NCBI RefSeq assembly: GCF_001194135.2
Contig: NC_068998.1
Span: 6,959,391 to 7,002,304 of the forward strand
Source: Octopus bimaculoides
Taxonomy: Eukaryota
Direction: 5' to 3'
Length of the DNA stretch: 42,914 nt
Shown: positions 26,198 to 37,447 of the stretch, piece by piece
How positions within the stretch are numbered: the first letter of the stretch is position 1
Layout of the letters: every line of letters begins with the position of its first letter
Made by a program: the position numbers and the translations under genes
Notes under the pieces: generated by a model
What the model was told of the DNA's origin: nothing
Database searches by the model: none
Seen by the model: only the letters and a program-made list of their open reading frames with translations

Positions 26198-26297
26198 GCA
26201 TTGAAAAATAACTTAGGAATGAGAACTCAGGTTCGAAATTTTCCCCAAGACACCTGATGATGGCTGGAAGGTATATTAGCCGAAACGTTGTGTTAAT
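26066..26297 (+). mobile_element. Family A element with tRNA-like head (5' ~49 nt inverted), (AAT)n and hammerhead tail
   Basis: 26066-26114 on minus reads ggcatatggcgtagtggttaagggcatgggctactaaccccaatattcc (box A, anticodon-like arm). Plus strand continues ccaagattccgagttcaatttcaggcagtgacctgaat (box B), (AAT)n, ttaggaatgagaac...hammerhead. Confidence 0.85.
26249..26294 (+). ncRNA. Minimal type I hammerhead ribozyme motif, best-preserved copy
   Basis: gacac CTGATGA t ggctg gaaggtatat tagcc GAAA cgtt gtgtt: all stem I and stem II positions pair (WC or GU). Confidence 0.8.
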
Positions 26298-26379
26298 GTT
26301 TCATTCTCTTGTGTTTTTTTTTCAAACATATGTGAGAAAAATACTATTGTCACCACCGTTGTTATCCTCTTCCTATTCA

Positions 26380-26413
26380 TCACCATCATCACCATCACCA
26401 TCATCACCATCAC

Positions 26414-26456
<43 letters not shown>

Positions 26457-26532
26457 GTCATCGTCATTGTCCTCACCATCATCATCATCATCGTCATCAT
26501 CATCATCATAGTCATCGTCATCGTCATCGTCG

Positions 26533-26584
<52 letters not shown>

Positions 26585-26730
26585 TATCACCATCACCATC
26601 AACATCATCATCAGCTGTAGCTGCATTCTCAACATCAACTCTACTATCATCACCACTGCAACTATCATCATCATTATCATCATCGTTATTGTCGTCATCT
26701 TTGTCGTCATCATCATCATCCTCATCATCA
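26380..26730. repeat. Long imperfect (CAT)n microsatellite
   Basis: Read directly; source of the poly-S and poly-M ORFs. Confidence 0.95.
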
Positions 26731-27059
26731 TTGTTTATTCTTGTTGTTCTATTTGTCGTGTTTTTTTCCTATTTAAAATTTTTTTTGTTCCAAAAATACA
26801 TTTTATATGTTGTTGCATATTAGAGTTCTTTCTGTTGGAAAAAGAAACTTCCAGTCAGTCAGTCAGCCAATGAGTCGAAAACACCTGTTGGTTACCGCAG
26901 CATGTTCTCTCACCTTTGTAGAATATTAATCAATCAATAGAAGTGCTGCAGACAGTGATCTTTGGGTGAATCTATGACAACATAACTATCGAACACAAGT
27001 GAGAATAAGATAATTCATAACATACATCAATGATCAGGAATACAAATTATATTATTTCA

Positions 27060-29050
27060 TAACCGAAATGCACGTTTAAGAGGTATAGCAGAATATTAAA
27101 TAGATATACTGTTTATTTGCTAAGAATAATACATTTGAATTTCAGATATTTCTTTAAAAAAAAAAATTTATTTTATCAAAAAATATTTTTTTTGTTTGAT
27201 ATTTAAATTTTTTAAAATCAACAACCAAGAATTTAAAATATGTCATTTCAAAACTAGAATAAATGTTTAAGAGTTATAGTAGAATATAAAGTACTTTTAC
27301 TATTTGCATAAAATAATATATTTTGTGTTCCAAATTTAGAAAAAAATTTTTTTTTTTAAATTCCTTTAAGTCAACTATAACGAATATAAAACATATTGTT
27401 TTATAACTGAAATACAAGTTTGAGAGATATAACACCATATAAAATAAATTTACTACTTATTCACATAGAATAATACGTTTTGAAAAGTCTTTTAAAAATA
27501 TTTCATTTTTTAAAGAAATATTTTTTGATATCTAAATTTTTTGAAATCAACAACCAGAAATACAAAATACAGAATTTCATAACTTAACTACAAGCTGAGG
27601 GGGTACAGCAGAATATAAAATACACCTTCTACTGATTTGCAACAACCAGTATATTTTGAATTTCAGATATTTAAAAAAAAAATTATGCTTAATATTTTGG
27701 AAACATTTTTGATATTCAAAATTTCAATTAATGGCTAGTAATTTATAATATATCATTTCATAATAAAAACATACTTTTAAGAGTTATAACAGAATATAAA
27801 GTTCATTTACTATTTGTAGAGGATAATTCACTTGGATTTTCAGATATTTTTCTAAAAATATTTGATTTTATGAAAATACTTTTTATATTGAATTTTCTTT
27901 TAGCCAAGAGTCATGAATAAAAAATATATCATTTCTAAGATGACAGACTGGCAGAATCATTAGTACACTGAGCCCAATGCCAAGAAGCATTTTGTCCATC
28001 TTTATGTTCTGGGTTCAAACGCTGCCAGAGCTGACTTTACCTTTCATTCGTTTAGGGTCAATAAAAAAATAAAGTTGATCACTGGTTAATGTAATCAACT
28101 TAACCCACCCTCTAAATTGCTCGCCTTGCACCAAAATTTCTTAACTTAAATATAATTTTCTTAGATATAGCAGAATAGGAATATAAATTTATGATATATT
28201 CACATAAAATGATGCATTTTATATTTCAGATATTTCCTGTAAAAAATTATGTTTCATTGTTTGAAAAATATGTTTTGATATTTTCAAACTATTTCTATAA
28301 ACAATCAGAAATACAATAATATATTATATCATTCTTTGAATTAAAAGCAATTTTAAGAGCTGTAGTAGAATATTAAATGGCTTTATTCCCAGAGAATAAT
28401 AATTTTTGAATTGCACATTTTTTGAAATTATATTTAATTCGTTGAAAATACTTTTTAGATATATAAAAATTTTATCAATAATTCAGAATTGAAAATATAT
28501 CATGTCATAGCTAAAATACAAATCTAAGAGATGTGGCAGATATATTTTGAAATTCAGATATTTTTAAAGTTTAAATTTAATTTTTTGAAAATTGTTTTAA
28601 TATTAAAAAGTTTTATAATCAACAATCAGCAAGTTAAAATATACAATTTTATAATTAAAGTAAAAGAATTATAGCAGAATATGAGATCATTTATCATTGG
28701 ACTATAATACATTTTAAATTCTGATACTTTTTAATTGTATTTAATGTTTTCAAATTTTTTTTTATATTTAAGGTTCTTTTAATGAAAAAAATTACAAATA
28801 TAAAATATATTATTTTAAAACTGAAATAAAGACAAGTTTGAGCGACATAGTATAAAGATACATTTATTATTTAACTACATTTTGAATTTAAAATAATTTT
28901 TAAAACTATTTTTTATTATCTAAAATTTTCTAAAATCAACAATCACGAGTACAAAATATGATATTTGGTAAGTTAAATACAAGGTGAAGATATATAGCAA
29001 AATATTAACCAGAATTACTTTTATTCACAGAAACATTTTGAATTTCAGTT
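27060..29050. repeat. Degenerate very AT-rich tandem array, ~11 units of ~140-195 bp
   Basis: Anchor tatagcagaatat (or variants) at 27084, 27275, 27428, 27604, 27785, 28166, 28361, 28532, 28670, 28846, 28993. A second anchor aaatcaacaa(c/t)cag recurs in register. Confidence 0.85.
27940..28140 (+). mobile_element. Old SINE inserted into the tandem array
   Basis: Homologous to 39593-39810 (ttctgggttcaaacgctgccagagctgactttacctttcatt...). Accounts for the single ~380 bp spacing in the array. Confidence 0.75.
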
Positions 29051-29099
29051 GTGTTTCTTCATACTCCTGGATATATGTAGATATATGTGTCAATGTGTC

Positions 29100-29131
<32 letters not shown>

Positions 29132-29589
29132 TGTGTGTGTATACATATATATGTATACGTGAGTATATGTGTATGTATGCTCATATATATATATATATAT
29201 ATAATGTACATGTGTGTATATGTACACATGACCCAAGCTTAATCGTGTTTATCTATATCACTACCCCCCTCTCTGTCTCTCCATATATATANNNNNNNNN
29301 NNNNNNNNNNNNNNNNNNNNNNNNNNNNNNNNNNNNNNNNNNNNNNNNNNNNNNNNNNNNNNNNNNNNNNNNNNNNNNNNNNNNNNNNNNNNNNNNNNNN
29401 NNNNNNNNNNNNNNNNNNNATATATATATATATATACATACTTATCCACATATATATATATGGTAGTGCTATACATTGTATGCATCTATTATATATGCAA
29501 TGCTTGTAGAATAGATTTCATTTAATGAATTATGATGTTTATAGTATTTGTGGAGTCATTGCTCTTGCAGTGTCGGCTTGCACAGCCAG

Positions 29590-30050
29590 AAGATATTTGT
29601 CATCGCCATTGTTAATTTAATAGGAAATTGTTTCTCTGATTGACATAAATGGGAACTCCTCATTTTCCCAAAGAGAATGGCCACTCTTGGAATGAAGACA
29701 ATTTTTCCATGATGATTGCATTCAGTTATAATATTTGCCTTAATGATGGTTGCTTGAATAACTGAATGTGTACCATTATGCATGCCATTAGCTTGTTCAA
29801 TAGTACACAGCTGGATAATTACAGCATTATTTTTCAATGTTGATATGTCGGTGATTGCAAGGCTAAAACATTTAGTGTATGTAAGCATCCTATAGTGAAT
29901 TCAGTAGGGGTCTTCCTGACGTAACCATTGGTAATGGCTGAATAAAACCCTTTTATCCCGTGGAAACTGTTTCACTATTTTGTCATTGATGAGATCAGCA
30001 TCAGAATTATTCAGTGCTAAAAAGATAATTCTTGAAAATCTTTCTGACTC
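29590..30050 (-). pseudogene. Helitron PIF1-type helicase C-terminal fragment
   Basis: ...LKNNAVIIQLCTIEQANGMHNGTHSVI...IIKANII...GKIVFIPRV...KQFPIKLTMAMT matches LxLKxGxxIMLLRNL..GLxNGTR..IPRI..QFPxxLAxAMT. An upstream frame gives NSDADLINDKIVKQFP. Confidence 0.85.
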
Positions 30051-30294
30051 ACCCATGTACTTCTATATGAAATTACGGTGAAAAACTAATGAAATACTGT
30101 CACTGCAATGAAGTATAACGTTTCATCACTGAATTGTAATAATTTCACTATTTGCTTCTTTTATTTTGGAACCGCCTCCTTCACAAAATATGAAACTGTT
30201 AAATTCAGTTTTGTTTGTTTTGTTTTTCTTCTGGTTTCTGTGAATATCAATTCATTTGAATGTTTTCTGTTTGTGGCATTTTCTGGTTTCAGCT

Positions 30295-30490
30295 GAAGAG
30301 CTGAGGCCCATACTGTGGCACCACCTTGAACAATTTAGTCAGACAAATCAAGTCCAGAACACGTTTTTAAGTCTGGTATTTATATCAAACTCTTTTGCTG
30401 AACCACTAAGTTGTAGTGACGTAAACAATTCTACAATAATTGTCAAGCAGTGGTGGAGGACAAACACAAATACAGGCACACACATGCATG

Positions 30491-30521
<31 letters not shown>

Positions 30522-30665
30522 CCCACCACACACAGATATATATGTCAAACTTCCACAGTTTCCATCTGCCAAATTCATTCACAAGGATTTGGTCAGCCTA
30601 GGTCTGACACAGGCCAAAAATGCTTTGATGTAGGACAAAACTCGATGTCATGTAGTTGCAAACTG
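30295..30665 (-). mobile_element. Old SINE (minus) with central (CA)n, inserted in the Helitron remnant
   Basis: cagtttccatctgccaaattcattcacaaggatttggtcagcc is the reverse complement of the post-head region of the 23549 SINE. The 3' part matches 34480-34680. Confidence 0.65.
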
Positions 30666-30689
30666 CCTCTGCTTCTGTCTGTAATGATA

Positions 30690-30950
30690 ACTAATATTTG
30701 TTGAAAATCTCCACTGGAAATTGACTTTCTCTCTGAACAGAACCAGTTTGATCCTGGGATCAACAATTTTCACCAAATCTTTTAAATTTCTATCTAACAC
30801 TTCTTGGCTTATATACAGACAGTCTTTGATTTCTTTCCATTTTTTTGTGGCTTGCATGTGTAAAAAGAAGAAGGAATCTTGTTTCTCCAACTTTTCACAT
30901 TTGCCATTGAATCATCTTATAGTTTATCTCTCATCTGCTCAGCCTCTGCA
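30690..30950 (-). pseudogene. Helitron Rep (HUH) domain fragment, frameshifted
   Basis: Across frames: DSMANVKS / EKQDSFFF / YTCKP / KWKEIKDCLYISQEVLDR..DLV / VNFQWR, matching DAMAIVR.GKPDLFITFTCNPKWPEI...GQ...DRPDLV...IEFQKR. Confidence 0.75.
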
Positions 30951-31257
30951 TAGACAGCAATTAATCAACCACTAATCCTTATAGATTATTATAGTTTCTG
31001 AATAGGTGGCTTTACTAAACACATTTTAAAGCAGCATTGATACTATTTGGCTTCTTGAAAGACAAGTAAATAGACAGAGAAGCAGTGAATTAGCATTTGA
31101 AATTACATTTGTAATAAAGTGAAAATTTACTAACTTTAATAGAAAATCTTATTGGAAACAACCAGGAATATAACTCTGAAATCCAAAATGGTTAAAATCT
31201 ACAAACTGGTAAACAGTGTAGCCATAAGTCATATCTTCTTTATATATGTTGGTGACA

Positions 31258-31637
31258 GTGGAGGTGCAATGGCCCAGTATCTAAGGCAGTAGACTCTCAA
31301 TCGTAGGATCGCAGTTTCGATTCCTAGACTGGATGTTGTGAATGTTTATTGAGCAAAAACACCTAAAGCTCCACGAGGATCCGGCAGGGGGTGGTGGTGA
31401 ACCCTGTTGTATTCTTTCACCACAACTTTCTCTCACTCTTTCTTCCTGTTTCTGTTGTTGTTTCAAAGGGGGCCAGCCATGTCATACTCTGTGTCACACT
31501 GAATCTCTCTGAGAACTACGTTAAGGGTATATGTGTCTGTGGAGTGCTCAGCCACTTGCACATTAATTTCATGAGCAGGCTGTTCTGTTGATCGGATCAA
31601 ATGGAACCTTCGCTGTCGTAACCGACGGAGTGCCACG
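31258..31637 (+). mobile_element. Full-length tRNA-derived SINE with target site duplication
   Basis: Head ggaggtgcaatggcccagt...gcagtttcgattcc (box A/B). Direct repeat ttggtgaca at 31249-31257 and 31641-31649 (atgttggtgaca/atattggtgaca). Confidence 0.9.
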
Positions 31638-31729
31638 ATATTGGTGACACAAATCTAAAATGATTAAAATTTGAATGCTGGTGAACTATGACAATATGTA
31701 TACTGGCAACAAAAATCTAACCATTTACC

Positions 31730-31930
31730 ATTTAAACCCGTCATTTTTGGCCCAAATATTCTGCCTGTTTAATGTTCAAACTAGTTAAGTTCAGCCTCTT
31801 ACACCTACCCTACAATGTCATTCTAAAAATAAACAATCACATCGTCAATATTTCTAAGCTATGAGAAAATGCATGATTAATTCAAAACAATGTGAATAAG
31901 CATTTCATTTAACATAGTGGTCTGAATGCA
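31730..31930 (+). mobile_element. Degenerate MITE-like repeat
   Basis: Interrupts the local ~70-80 bp tandem pattern; family assignment is from recollection only and the termini are decayed. Confidence 0.4.
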
Positions 31931-33114
31931 AACTGAAGTAAGTAAGACTTTTGCTATGTTTGCTGGCAACAGGAATTTAAACTGATTAAAATTTGAAAGA
32001 CAGCAAACAGTGTGACAGTAAGTCAGATCTTCACTCTGTTTGTTGGCAACAGATTGACAACATATAGAACATAGAGAAAGAAAGAAAAATAATATTGAAA
32101 GAAATAAACAGATTTCAAATTAAATATAATAAATCATAATATTTGAAAAGGATTTTCATTTCTAAACTTTAGAAAACTGAAAGTAAATTATATGGGAATA
32201 AGAAAATCATTTTCACAATAGGATTTCGTATGTTAGGCTTTGTTGTTTATTTTGAAAATAAAAAAAAATCTTGTAAAATAAAATACCTTAATGGATTTCG
32301 TAATTAAACAACCAGTGCACCAACTCCAGAGAATTATTTTATTTATTTTGAAATCACAATTCTCTCAAAGACAATTAATGAAAGCTATAGAAATGCATCG
32401 TTTTTAAAAAATAAGTTTATTTAATCACACAAAATGAAACTATCAAAACACTACTGTAATCTGATTAAAAGATTTTGTTCATACAAAACATGTTTACTGA
32501 AAAAAGTAGAAAAGAAAATCTTTATTGTTGCTGTTGCTATTATTAGTTGTATTATTATCAATATTTTATCGTTGTTATTGTTAATGTTGTTGTTATTTGT
32601 ATTTAGTAGGACATTTGAAATGTGTTTAATGTCAGTCACCTTAGCGAACCATTTCTTTCTTTATTTTTCCGATTTTGATTTACAAATGCAAATAAGATGA
32701 AAAATTAATTAAAATTTACAGTAGCTGGTGTTGATGACATTTATACATTTATTAATTTTTATTTTAAAAAATTGACATATTTAACATTCGTTTTTGCTTT
32801 TGCTGCTAAAGATCCTGTACTAGTGACATTGCTATATGTGTATCAATATCAGATAATTGTAATGAAAACAACACTTCATAGGAAAAGTAAAATAGTATAG
32901 AATACACGATACAATCATTAATAGCTTCTTATGTCTGATCCATATTTAAAAACAAAACATACACACATATATACATACATATTCTTCTTTGTTTTATTAT
33001 TATCAGGCCTTGTGCCTACTGTAATCATCATTATCATCATCATCTACATCATTACCATTATCATAATTATTATTATTATTATTGAGTGAGAATTTTTGAG
33101 GGAGAAGTTTAGCT

Positions 33115-33215
33115 GATACCATAAACCCCAGTTATTGACTGATCCTTTAATTTATGAACACCAAAATGATGAAAAGCTAAAGTTGATCTCGGTGTGATTT
33201 GAACTTAGAATGTAA
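33115..33215 (-). mobile_element. Old SINE fragment (family of 39593-39810)
   Basis: accccagttattgactgatc...gatgaaaagctaaagttgatctcggtgtgatttgaacttagaatgtaaag is the reverse complement of the box B to core region. Confidence 0.6.
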
Positions 33216-34093
33216 AGGTTCCAAAGAAAGTATTTTTTCTAGTGCTCTAATGATTCAGCCAGCTCACCAAATTATTATAATCAGCATGGTGAAAGCCAGA
33301 ATGGCTTTCATCTCAGGTCAGCTGGATCATGCTGAGTTGGGGCTAAAGAAGAAGAAAAACAAAACTAACAATGAAAAATATATAAAACCACCACAAATAT
33401 ATTTCTGGTATGAATTGAACTCTTGTTTTCTGGTTGGTGCAGTTATGTTTTAAATGTACCCTGTGTTTTATGAATGCTGATTATATTTGTTTAAACGATT
33501 CTAAGATTAAAAAAAACAAACAAACAAATTTTATGTTAGTTTTCTTTTTATCTAAATTGTATCTGAAGAAAGAAAGAGAAAAGAAGGGAAGGAAAAGAGA
33601 GAGAGAGAGAGAGTGGGAGAATCAAGAAGAAAGAGAGAGAGAAAGAAAGAAAGGAAAAACAGCAGCAAAATTGAAACTATCTTGCCAGCATCAAAACAAA
33701 GTTAATCCGAGGATAATTCATCATAGAATACTATGTCACATTATGATGCTCTCCAAANNNNNNNNNNNNNNNNNNNNNNNNNNNNNNNNNNNNNNNNNNN
33801 NNNNNNNNNNNNNNNNNNNNNNNNNNNNNNNNNNNNNNNNNNNNNNNNNNNNNNNNNNNNNNNNNNNNNNNNNNNNNNNNNNNNNNNNNNNNNNNNNNNN
33901 NNNNNNNNNNNNNNNNNNNNNNNNNNNNNNNNNNNNNNNNNNNNNNNNNNNNNNNNNNNNNNNNNNNNNNNNNNNNNNNNNNNNNNNNNNNNNNNNNNNN
34001 NNNNNNNNNNNNNNNNNNNNNNNNNNNNNNNNNNNNNNNNNNNNNNNNNNNNNNNNNNNNNNNNNNNNNNNNNNNNNNNNNNNNNNNNNNNNN

Positions 34094-34149
<56 letters not shown>

Positions 34150-34479
34150 CACAGACACATATATACATATACATACATACATACATACACACAAATATAT
34201 GACTGTATACACACATACACACACACACATGTATATATATGTATGTATGTATTCCAATTGCTTATGCCTGCTTAACTGCTTATACGGAAAAAAAGAAAAC
34301 AAGTAATTATCAGTTTCCTTGATTAAGTTTATTTCATTTAATGTACATGAAGAGAATGCAAGCATTCATTAGACGAATACTATAGATTTCTGTTGCATAA
34401 TGTTTTGATGGGGATAATCATGTACTTTTATGATAAAACACACAGAATACTATCTCTGATGTGTTACTTGCTGCAATTA

Positions 34480-34845
34480 TTAGACTGTGGCCATGTTGGA
34501 GCACCACATCCAAGAATTTTTTAGTCGAAAGTATTGGCACCAGTACTAATCTTTTTCTCTTTTAATCCTGATACTTATTCTTTGGCCAAATTCCCAAGTG
34601 ACCGGGAGGTAAATGAATGTGAACACATGAACATGGGTTGTCAAGCAGAGATTGGGGACACACACTGACACACACATACACATACACACACACATGCACA
34701 CACATATACGATGGGCTTCTTTTCAGTTTCTTTTTAGTCTGAGGCTATAATATACACATTTGCCGAAGGTGCCATGCAGTCTGGCTGGACCCAGAAACAT
34801 GTGGCAAGGAAGCCAATTTCTTGCTGCATAGCTCCAACTGTGCTT
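34480..34845 (-). mobile_element. SINE (minus), head cut by gap
   Basis: gactgtggccatgttggagcaccac tail, central (CA)n, gggcttcttttcagtt...gaggctata...gaaggtgccatgcagt...gaaacatgtgg head (reverse complement). Confidence 0.7.
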
Positions 34846-35591
34846 NNNNNNNNNNNNNNNNNNNNNNNNNNNNNNNNNNNNNNNNNNNNNNNNNNNNNNN
34901 NNNNNNNNNNNNNNNNNNNNNNNNNNNNNNNNNNNNNNNNNNNNNNNNNNNNNNNNNNNNNNNNNNNNNNNNNNNNNNNNNNNNNNNNNNNNNNNNNNNN
35001 NNNNNNNNNNNNNNNNNNNNNNNNNNNNNNNNNNNNNNNNNNNNNNNNNNNNNNNNNNNNNNNNNNNNNNNNNNNNNNNNNNNNNNNNNNNNNNNNNNNN
35101 NNNNNNNNNNNNNNNNNNNNNNNNNNNNNNNNNNNNNNNNNNNNNNNNNNNNNNNNNNNNNNNNNNNNNNNNNNNNNNNNNNNNNNNNNNNNNNNNNNNN
35201 NNNNNNNNNNNNNNNNNNNNNNNNNNNNNNNNNNNNNNNNNNNNNNNNNNNNNNNNNNNNNNNNNNNNNTCCTCCTCCTCCTCCTCCACTACTCCCTTCA
35301 TCAGCTGCTGGTTAGAAGTCACAATAGTTTCGATACTTTTTGACGGTACTGCCATCTAGAACGCTGTCAAGGAGTATAATACTACCATTATTGTCTGGTA
35401 TTTTGGTGTACACCATAATGCACAGGCTTTTCTTCATTATCAAACCAAATGCATTTATAAACCACTCGAAAATGCAGCAATAATTTCAATTTTATATATA
35501 CTGAGAATATATTCCTTGTTCTTAGATTAAGTATCTCTCTTACATATTTCTGGGATATCCATAATAAAGCATTTTCTGGTTTGCTCTTCAG

Positions 35592-35703
35592 TTTGCAAGG
35601 CACTATTCTACTGTCCTTAAGTTAAACAGGAATGAAGATGCTGTAGGTTTAACCACAAATGCACAACACTCCAGCTCTGCAGCAGAAGCACTGTACGTAT
35701 TTG
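35592..35703 (+). CDS. Candidate internal exon of unknown gene (112 nt)
   Basis: Acceptor ttttctggtttgctcttcag, donor G|gtaaat, only one frame open: FARHYSTVLKLNRNEDAVGLTTNAQHSSSAAEALYVF. No recognisable homology and no phase-compatible neighbour found. Confidence 0.25.
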
Positions 35704-35861
35704 GTAAATAAACTATGTATGAGCATACGTGTGTGAGCTTATGCACACTACTACAACCACAACCACCACCACTACCACGACCACTGCTATTACCATTATC
35801 AGTATCACTGCCATCTCTAACACCACTATTACCAACACAACCGCTACTACCAATGCTGACA

Positions 35862-36058
35862 TCACCACCACCACCAACACTACCACCCATACTAACACAT
35901 CTAACACATGCATCACACCACCACCACCACCAACACTACCACCCATACTAACACATCTAACACATGCATCACACCANNNNNNNNNNTCACCACCACCACC
36001 AACACTACCACCCATACTAACACATCTAACACATGCATCACACCACCACCACCACCAC
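35862..36058. repeat. 56-bp unit repeated three times, spanning a 10-N gap
   Basis: aacactaccacccatactaacacatctaacacatgcatcacacc at 35876, 35932 and 36001. Confidence 0.85.
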
Positions 36059-36124
36059 AACGAACATATAAGCATTACCAGAATCACTACTACTGCCATC
36101 ATCAACACCATAACCAACACAAAC

Positions 36125-36177
<53 letters not shown>

Positions 36178-37159
36178 ATATCATTATTGCCATGATGGTA
36201 GTAATGGTTGCAATCACAACATCCTCCATCTGCCACCATCCTGTTCTTCCCCCTGCTCCTCTTCCTGCTCCTCATGTTGCTTGTCTTCCCCTTGTCCTCT
36301 CCTTCACCACTCCACTGCAACCCTCTTTTCCTCTCCACCTCCTCCTCCTCCTCGCCACCGCCTCCGCGGCTTCCATTGCCGCCGCCGCCTCCGCCGCCTC
36401 CGCCTCCACCTNNNNNNNNNNNNNNNNNNNNNNNNNNNNNNNNNNNNNNNNNNNNNNNNNNNNNNNNNNNNNNNNNNNNNNNNNNNNNNNNNNNNNNNNN
36501 NNNNNNNNNNNNNNNNNNNNNNNNNNNNNNNNNNNNNNNNNNNNNNNNNNNNNNNNNNNNNNNNNNNNNNNNNNNNNNNNNNNNNNNNNNNNNNNNNNNN
36601 NNNNNNNNNNNNNNNNNNNNNNNNNNNNNNNNNNNNNNNNNNNNNNNNNNNNNNNNNNNNNNNNNNNNNNNNNNNNNNNNNNNNNNNNNNNNNNNNNNNN
36701 NNNNNNNNNNNNNNNNNNNNNNNNNNNNNNNNCCCGTCCTCCGTCCTCCCGTCCTCCGTCCTCCCGTCCTCCTCCTCCTCATCATCGTCAGCATCATCAT
36801 TGCTACCATCAGGAATGAAATAGCTATACATGAAAATCAAATCAAGCATTGAGTGAAGAAAGACGCGAAGAAAGGAAAGAAAAGCGAAAGAAAAGAAAAC
36901 AGAAAAAGAAAAGAAAAATGAAAAGAAAAAGAGAAAAGAGAAAAAGAGAAAGAAGAATTCGTAACGATGAAATAACAGTGTGTTTATCAGTAAATGCATT
37001 TGGTTTTGACACTGATGAACTCAATTATAGCAGTTTTCCCCTTGGTGGACATAGCATGTTATTGCAGGGAGAATTCTGATTCCTTACCAATTGCAAACAA
37101 GAAGAATATACCCAGAATATAAAGGTTCCATTTGATAAAAGACGAGCTGATCTTTAATG

Positions 37160-37447
37160 GGTGAGAGAGAGAGAGGGGGGAGAGAGAGGGAGAGAGAAGG
37201 GGAGAGTGGGAGAGAGAGAGTGGGGGAAGAGAGGGAATGAGAGAAAAGGGAGAAGAGAGAGAAGGGAGAAGAGAGAAGAGAAATATGGAAGAAAGAAGCG
37301 GAGGAGAGAGGGGGGGGAGAGGGAAGAGAGAGAGAGAGGGTAAAAGATGAGAGATATAAAGAAGAGAGGAGAGATATGGCAGAAAGAAATAGGGGAGAGA
37401 AAGGAGAAAAGAGGGGAGACAGGGACAAAGGAGAGAGAGAGAGAGAG
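37160..37447 (+). repeat. Polypurine (GA-rich) low-complexity tract
   Basis: Almost purely G/A over ~290 bp up to the gap. Confidence 0.9.

Noticed and set aside
26908-26990. Minus-strand micro-exon with strong donor (aag|gtgaga)
   Set aside because: All three frames contain stops; only a non-coding exon is possible and nothing supports it.
27060-29050. CRISPR-like repeat-spacer array
   Set aside because: Eukaryotic context; entire units are homologous and degenerate, with no identical short repeats separated by unique spacers.
33242-33316. Exon-like segment (ttttttctag...cag|gtcagc)
   Set aside because: Directly abuts a SINE fragment, is open in more than one frame and is not phase-compatible with 35592-35703.
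35862-36058. Third 56-bp unit as a true biological copy
   Set aside because: Identical sequence on both sides of a 10-N spacer suggests overlapping contig ends; copy number is unreliable.
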